Source of the DNA: Macrostomum lignano
Taxonomy: Eukaryota
DNA length: 37,934 bases
Direction of reading: 5' to 3'
NCBI GenBank assembly: GCA_002269645.1
Contig: NIVC01004690.1
Span: 1 to 37,934, forward strand
The position numbers were made by a program, and so were the translations under genes. Positions 34,111 to 37,934 of the stretch are shown in pieces (within the stretch, counting starts at the first letter, position 1; every line of letters begins with the position of its first letter). The notes under the pieces were generated by a model. That model made no database searches and was not told the origin of the DNA. It worked only from the letters and a program-made list of their open reading frames with translations.

Positions 34111-35517
34111 ATGCAGTCTGCTTTGTTCAACACTCTGCTGCTCTCTCTGTGCGCTCTCTGCCTCGCTAGCAGGCCGGCTGTCGGGAAGCAGGGAGTCAAC
34201 ACTGACATCCAGCAGGCGGAGTCAACCTGCCTGCCAGAGATGCCACCGGGGTCTGACCCCCCTGACAGCTCGGCCCCCGACCTGCTACTGCAGATGCACC
34301 AGTGGGTGTGGATTGAGAACATGACGGATCCCAGCTGGGCGCCCAGGAGCGAGCAAAATTTGCATTCATATTATTTTCTTCGTCAAGGCCAAATTGTGAA
34401 CGCTTCTATTAGTTTAATTGCGCTTTCTAACAGCGTGGTAAGTGTCCTTTTGATATTAGCTAATGGTTATACACTCGTAGAAGGGGGCATAGATATAGAC
34501 AGAGAGGCTATAGAGCCATAGGCCATAGAGAGAGAGGCCATACAGATAGAGAAACCAAAGAGATAGAGTAGCCATAGAAAAGGAGAGGCCATAGACTCAT
34601 AGAGATAGTAATAGGCCAAAGAGAGGCCATAGAGACCAGAGAGAGGGCCATATGGATTGAGAGAAGTCACAAAGCTGAAGAGAGGCCATGGGGATGGAGA
34701 TAGAACCCGTAGAGATAGATAGAGAGGCCATAAAGGCCATAGAGATAGGGAGACCACAGAGAGATGCTCTATTTTCTCCTCTCTCTCTCTCTCTCAGCCC
34801 CCGCCAGTCCATAAAAGGACAGTGAGGAGCAGAAATAAGAAAAGTTTCTGACCTAATCAATCAAAGCGGAAAGCATTGAATACGTATTCCAACATCCGTT
34901 TAACTTTCCAGTCAGTCAGAGTCGGAATTCTGACCAACGGCAAGACGTTGTGCATGTCAGCCATGACTCTCACCAGAAACGAGACCAACAATGGCACCGA
35001 GCAGAGCCAGTCCTGCAACAAGGTCTGCTTCGCCAACATTACCAGCCATGGCAAGCCCATGAATTTGCCGATTCTGGTGCGCAATCAGGAGCGGATTTTG
35101 AGAAGATTGACGGAGTACCTGGTCGTGGACAGCCTGGACCCGAGAGAGCGAGACTCGTATAAGTGTCTGGGCCTGTTCACCAACCGATTGCTCATTGATC
35201 TGCCCCGCCTCAACAACTACCGACAGTGCCCGGCCGGTGACATGTGCCTGTTTAACTACGACGGCTCCGTGATCGATGCCGGATGCAAGAGCAGCTTCCG
35301 GTTTGACTGGTGCGTTGGCAACTTCAGCCTGTGCGACTACAGCAGCGGCCGAGACTGCCCGATCTGCTGCCGCGGCGACTACTGCAACCGGGCGGTGGCC
35401 AATGAGATCTACCGGCTGAATCGGGGCATCGCCGACTGCAGCGCCTCCTTACTGACTGTATTGACGGCCGCCGCGACGGTGCTGAGTCTGCTGCGACTGC
35501 GACAGTCCGAGCTGTGA
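34111..35517 (+). CDS. Secreted, probably GPI-anchored Cys-rich protein with a Ly6/uPAR-type CCxxxxCN motif (exons 34111-34437 and 34912-35517; a possible extra 87-nt intron at 34347-34433)
   Basis: Signal peptide MQSALFNTLLLSLCALCLA; perfect donor GTG|gtaagt (34437/34438) and acceptor tttccag| (34911), both phase 0; CPICCRGDYCN followed by a hydrophobic tail SLLTVLTAAATVLSLL; several NxS/T sites. Confidence 0.78.
34480..34790. repeat. Purine-rich degenerate intronic repeat
   Basis: Recurrent AGAGAGGCCATAGAG motifs. Confidence 0.75.
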
Positions 35518-35780
35518 CCCACTGGATCCAAGGATTCTTCTTTGGGAAACTCGTGTTTGGCTAATTTATGCCGTTTGACGCGACGTGTGCAAAATTATTT
35601 TATTTAAAAAGGCCCTTCTTTGAAAGTCTGGAATCAGAATAATTTTTATAAATCCATAGACATGCTGTTTCTTAAATAATTTCATATGCAAAAAATCTGG
35701 TTGCAAAAGCTTCTTAGATGGGACTTGACGATATAATTTGTTTGTTTGTTGTGGTGAAAGTCAGGTGTGCAGGCACACTC

Positions 35781-35882
35781 AGTCTCAGGTGTGTGCGTAT
35801 GTGCGTGTGTGTGTGTGTGTGTGTGCGTGTGTGTGTGTGTGTGTGTGCGTGTGTGTGTGTGTGTGTTTGGGTGTGTGTGTGT
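35781..35882. repeat. (GT)n microsatellite
   Basis: Interrupted GT run. Confidence 0.95.
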
Positions 35883-36405
35883 GCATCTTCCCTGACTTTC
35901 TCAGCCTCAAATGGTGCACATGCCTTGTAAATCCCCAAGCACAACCCACATGCCTTCATTCTAAATCAATGTGACCGCACCCAAGGAATCGAACTCAAGA
36001 GCTTTGATGCAAACTTCACTCTTGCCTCATCCGCTTGTGTGCTAGGCGTCGAGCTGTAGCAATGCACAACTCTTGTTTTTGTCTAACTACGGCATCAATA
36101 CGAGCTGGATGTGTAGGAAGACACTGACTCCGTCTTATCGCTATATTCCCTTTTGTGATGCCTCTGTAGTCTTATCCTTATCCGCATTGTCCTTTGAAGC
36201 TGCTGCTGTGTCGCGTGCCTCGTACGCCACTCACTGACATACACAGTGTAGTAGATGAGAAATATTCGAGTTGACTGCGGGGCATGATGCTGGCTCAATG
36301 AAAGGCTGCTATGGATGCAGTATGCATCGCTTTTTGGCGATCTAACAAAACCAGACTTCATATGCTGCCCATACAAACCAGCACGAGAGATGTTTAGAAA
36401 GAATG

Positions 36406-36968
36406 GCCATAGACTACGCCCGTATAAGCCATAGACTACGCCCGTATAAGCCATTGACTACGCCCATGTAAGCCATTGACTACGTCCGTATAAGCCATTG
36501 ACTACGCCCGTGTAAGCCATAGACTACGCCCGTATAAGCCATAGACTACGCCCGTGTAAGCCATAGACTACGCCCGTATAAGCCATAGACTACGCCCGTG
36601 TAAGCCATAGACTACGCCCGTGTAAGCCATTGACTAGGCCCGTATAAGCCATAGACTACGCCCGTGTAAGCCATGGACTACGCCCGTATAAGCCATAGAC
36701 TACGCCCGTATAAGCCATAGACTACGCCCGTATAAGCCATAGACTACGCCCGTGTAAGCCATAGACTACGCCCGTATAAGCCATAGACTACGCCCGTGTA
36801 AGCCATAGACTACGTCCGTATAAGCCATTGACTAGGCCCGTGTAAGCCATTGACTAGGCCCGTGTAAGCCATTGACTACGCCCGTGTAAGCCATTGACTA
36901 CGCCCGTGTAAGCAATAGACTACGCCCGTATAAGCCATGGACTACGCCCGTATAAGCCATGGACTATA
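36406..36968. repeat. 22-bp minisatellite, about 25 copies
   Basis: Unit GCCAT(A/T)GACTACGCCCGT(A/G)TAA. Confidence 0.97.
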
Positions 36969-37934
36969 CGACGTAAATGGAGAATCAAACTGAGCCGCAG
37001 CCTTTCAATACAAGAACGAGTCCCTCAGCCTGTCTCTATTTCAATCTGAAACATGTGAGCTTCAATTGCACACTGACACTGTTATGGCTCCACCGATTCC
37101 GACAGAAGACCACCAACACCAAATCAACCAGTCAATATCGGATCATCATTTCTAGCTAAACGCAAATATATGAGTTTCTTTCCATTCAGTCTCGTTCTGG
37201 TTTGTATGGGGAGCATATGAAGTCTCATTTAGGTTGGCAAAAGCGATACTATTCCTTGATATCTGCTCTGAATGGTTGGAGTATTAGCTTGCAATCTTGG
37301 ATCTTGAGCAGTGCCCCAAGCCACACTAAATAGCCGCTTGTTATCGATTAGAAACTGGAAACTTGACAACAGATATATGGGTATTGTTTGTATAAGATAT
37401 TCGAGAACCCTCCAAGGTTTCTGCTAAGCTGCCCTTGGTTAATTTTTTTTCTTTTCCCCAGATGGCACTACAACACAAAATGTGCTTTTTACTTTACTAG
37501 TTCCTACTCTGCATCTTCAGCTAGAGATGTCGCTAACTCAGTACAAGCTAACGCATTTTCCGCTAGTGGCGTAAGTTAAGAAGACTTGACCATGGTTAGT
37601 ACGCATCTGAATACGTTTGAGCGAGCAATAAAGCTGAGCTGAAATACAATGTTGCAGCTGCAACCCCCAAGCTTGTCAGACACATTTCAACATCTAAATT
37701 TCTTAGACTTTTTTTCACAGCACAGCCCAAACAATTGACTTTCCACACACAGTTGAATAAACTTTTGCGACTTTAGCAAAACATGCTTTAAGATGAATTT
37801 CAGTTCTTTTAAGTTTTGCAGCAGAGCGGGCGTACCGGATGTGGTGGAACGAAAAAGAGACGGAGTCAGCATCAATCAGAAAGACTTCGATCTCCAGCAT
37901 GGTTGGGTGGTCCGATTTGTCTCTGCGGTCCGAA

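Noticed and set aside
37687-37900. Two overlapping minus ORFs of about 60 aa at the window end
   Set aside because: No domain recognised; could be an exon of a gene beyond the window but is unsupported.

Overview
Eukaryotic (metazoan) genomic DNA with GC-rich exons, GT-AG introns and many minisatellites. The style suggests a flatworm such as Macrostomum, but that is inference only. Host genes: intronless mitochondrial ribosomal protein L12 (5935-6531 +); a two-exon, possibly N-myristoylated Pro/Tyr-motif protein (8241-9531 +); an intronless insect-AANAT-like GNAT acetyltransferase (11448-12146 +); two-exon FANK1 (22558-28025 +); a two-exon non-RD Ser/Thr kinase (29658-31892 +); a secreted, probably GPI-anchored protein with a Ly6/uPAR-type CCxxxxCN motif (34111-35517 +); and the 5' part of a PHD-finger gene with a coding minisatellite that runs off the window start (1-729 -). 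The centrepiece is an apparently intact 3816-bp P-superfamily DNA transposon (12976-16791) with 81-bp TIRs, an 8-bp TSD and a 4-exon THAP-transposase of 862 aa, inserted into the middle of a 21-bp minisatellite. Also present: six copies of one tRNA-derived SINE family, a CORE-type SINE, a solo-LTR-like segment with AP-1/MEF2 motif repeats, about 13 tandem arrays, and an AT-rich domain (about 0.75-5.9 kb) whose SINE copy shows heavy CpG to TpG/CpA/TpA decay. All gene models and coordinates were derived by eye; no database searches or folding programs were run.
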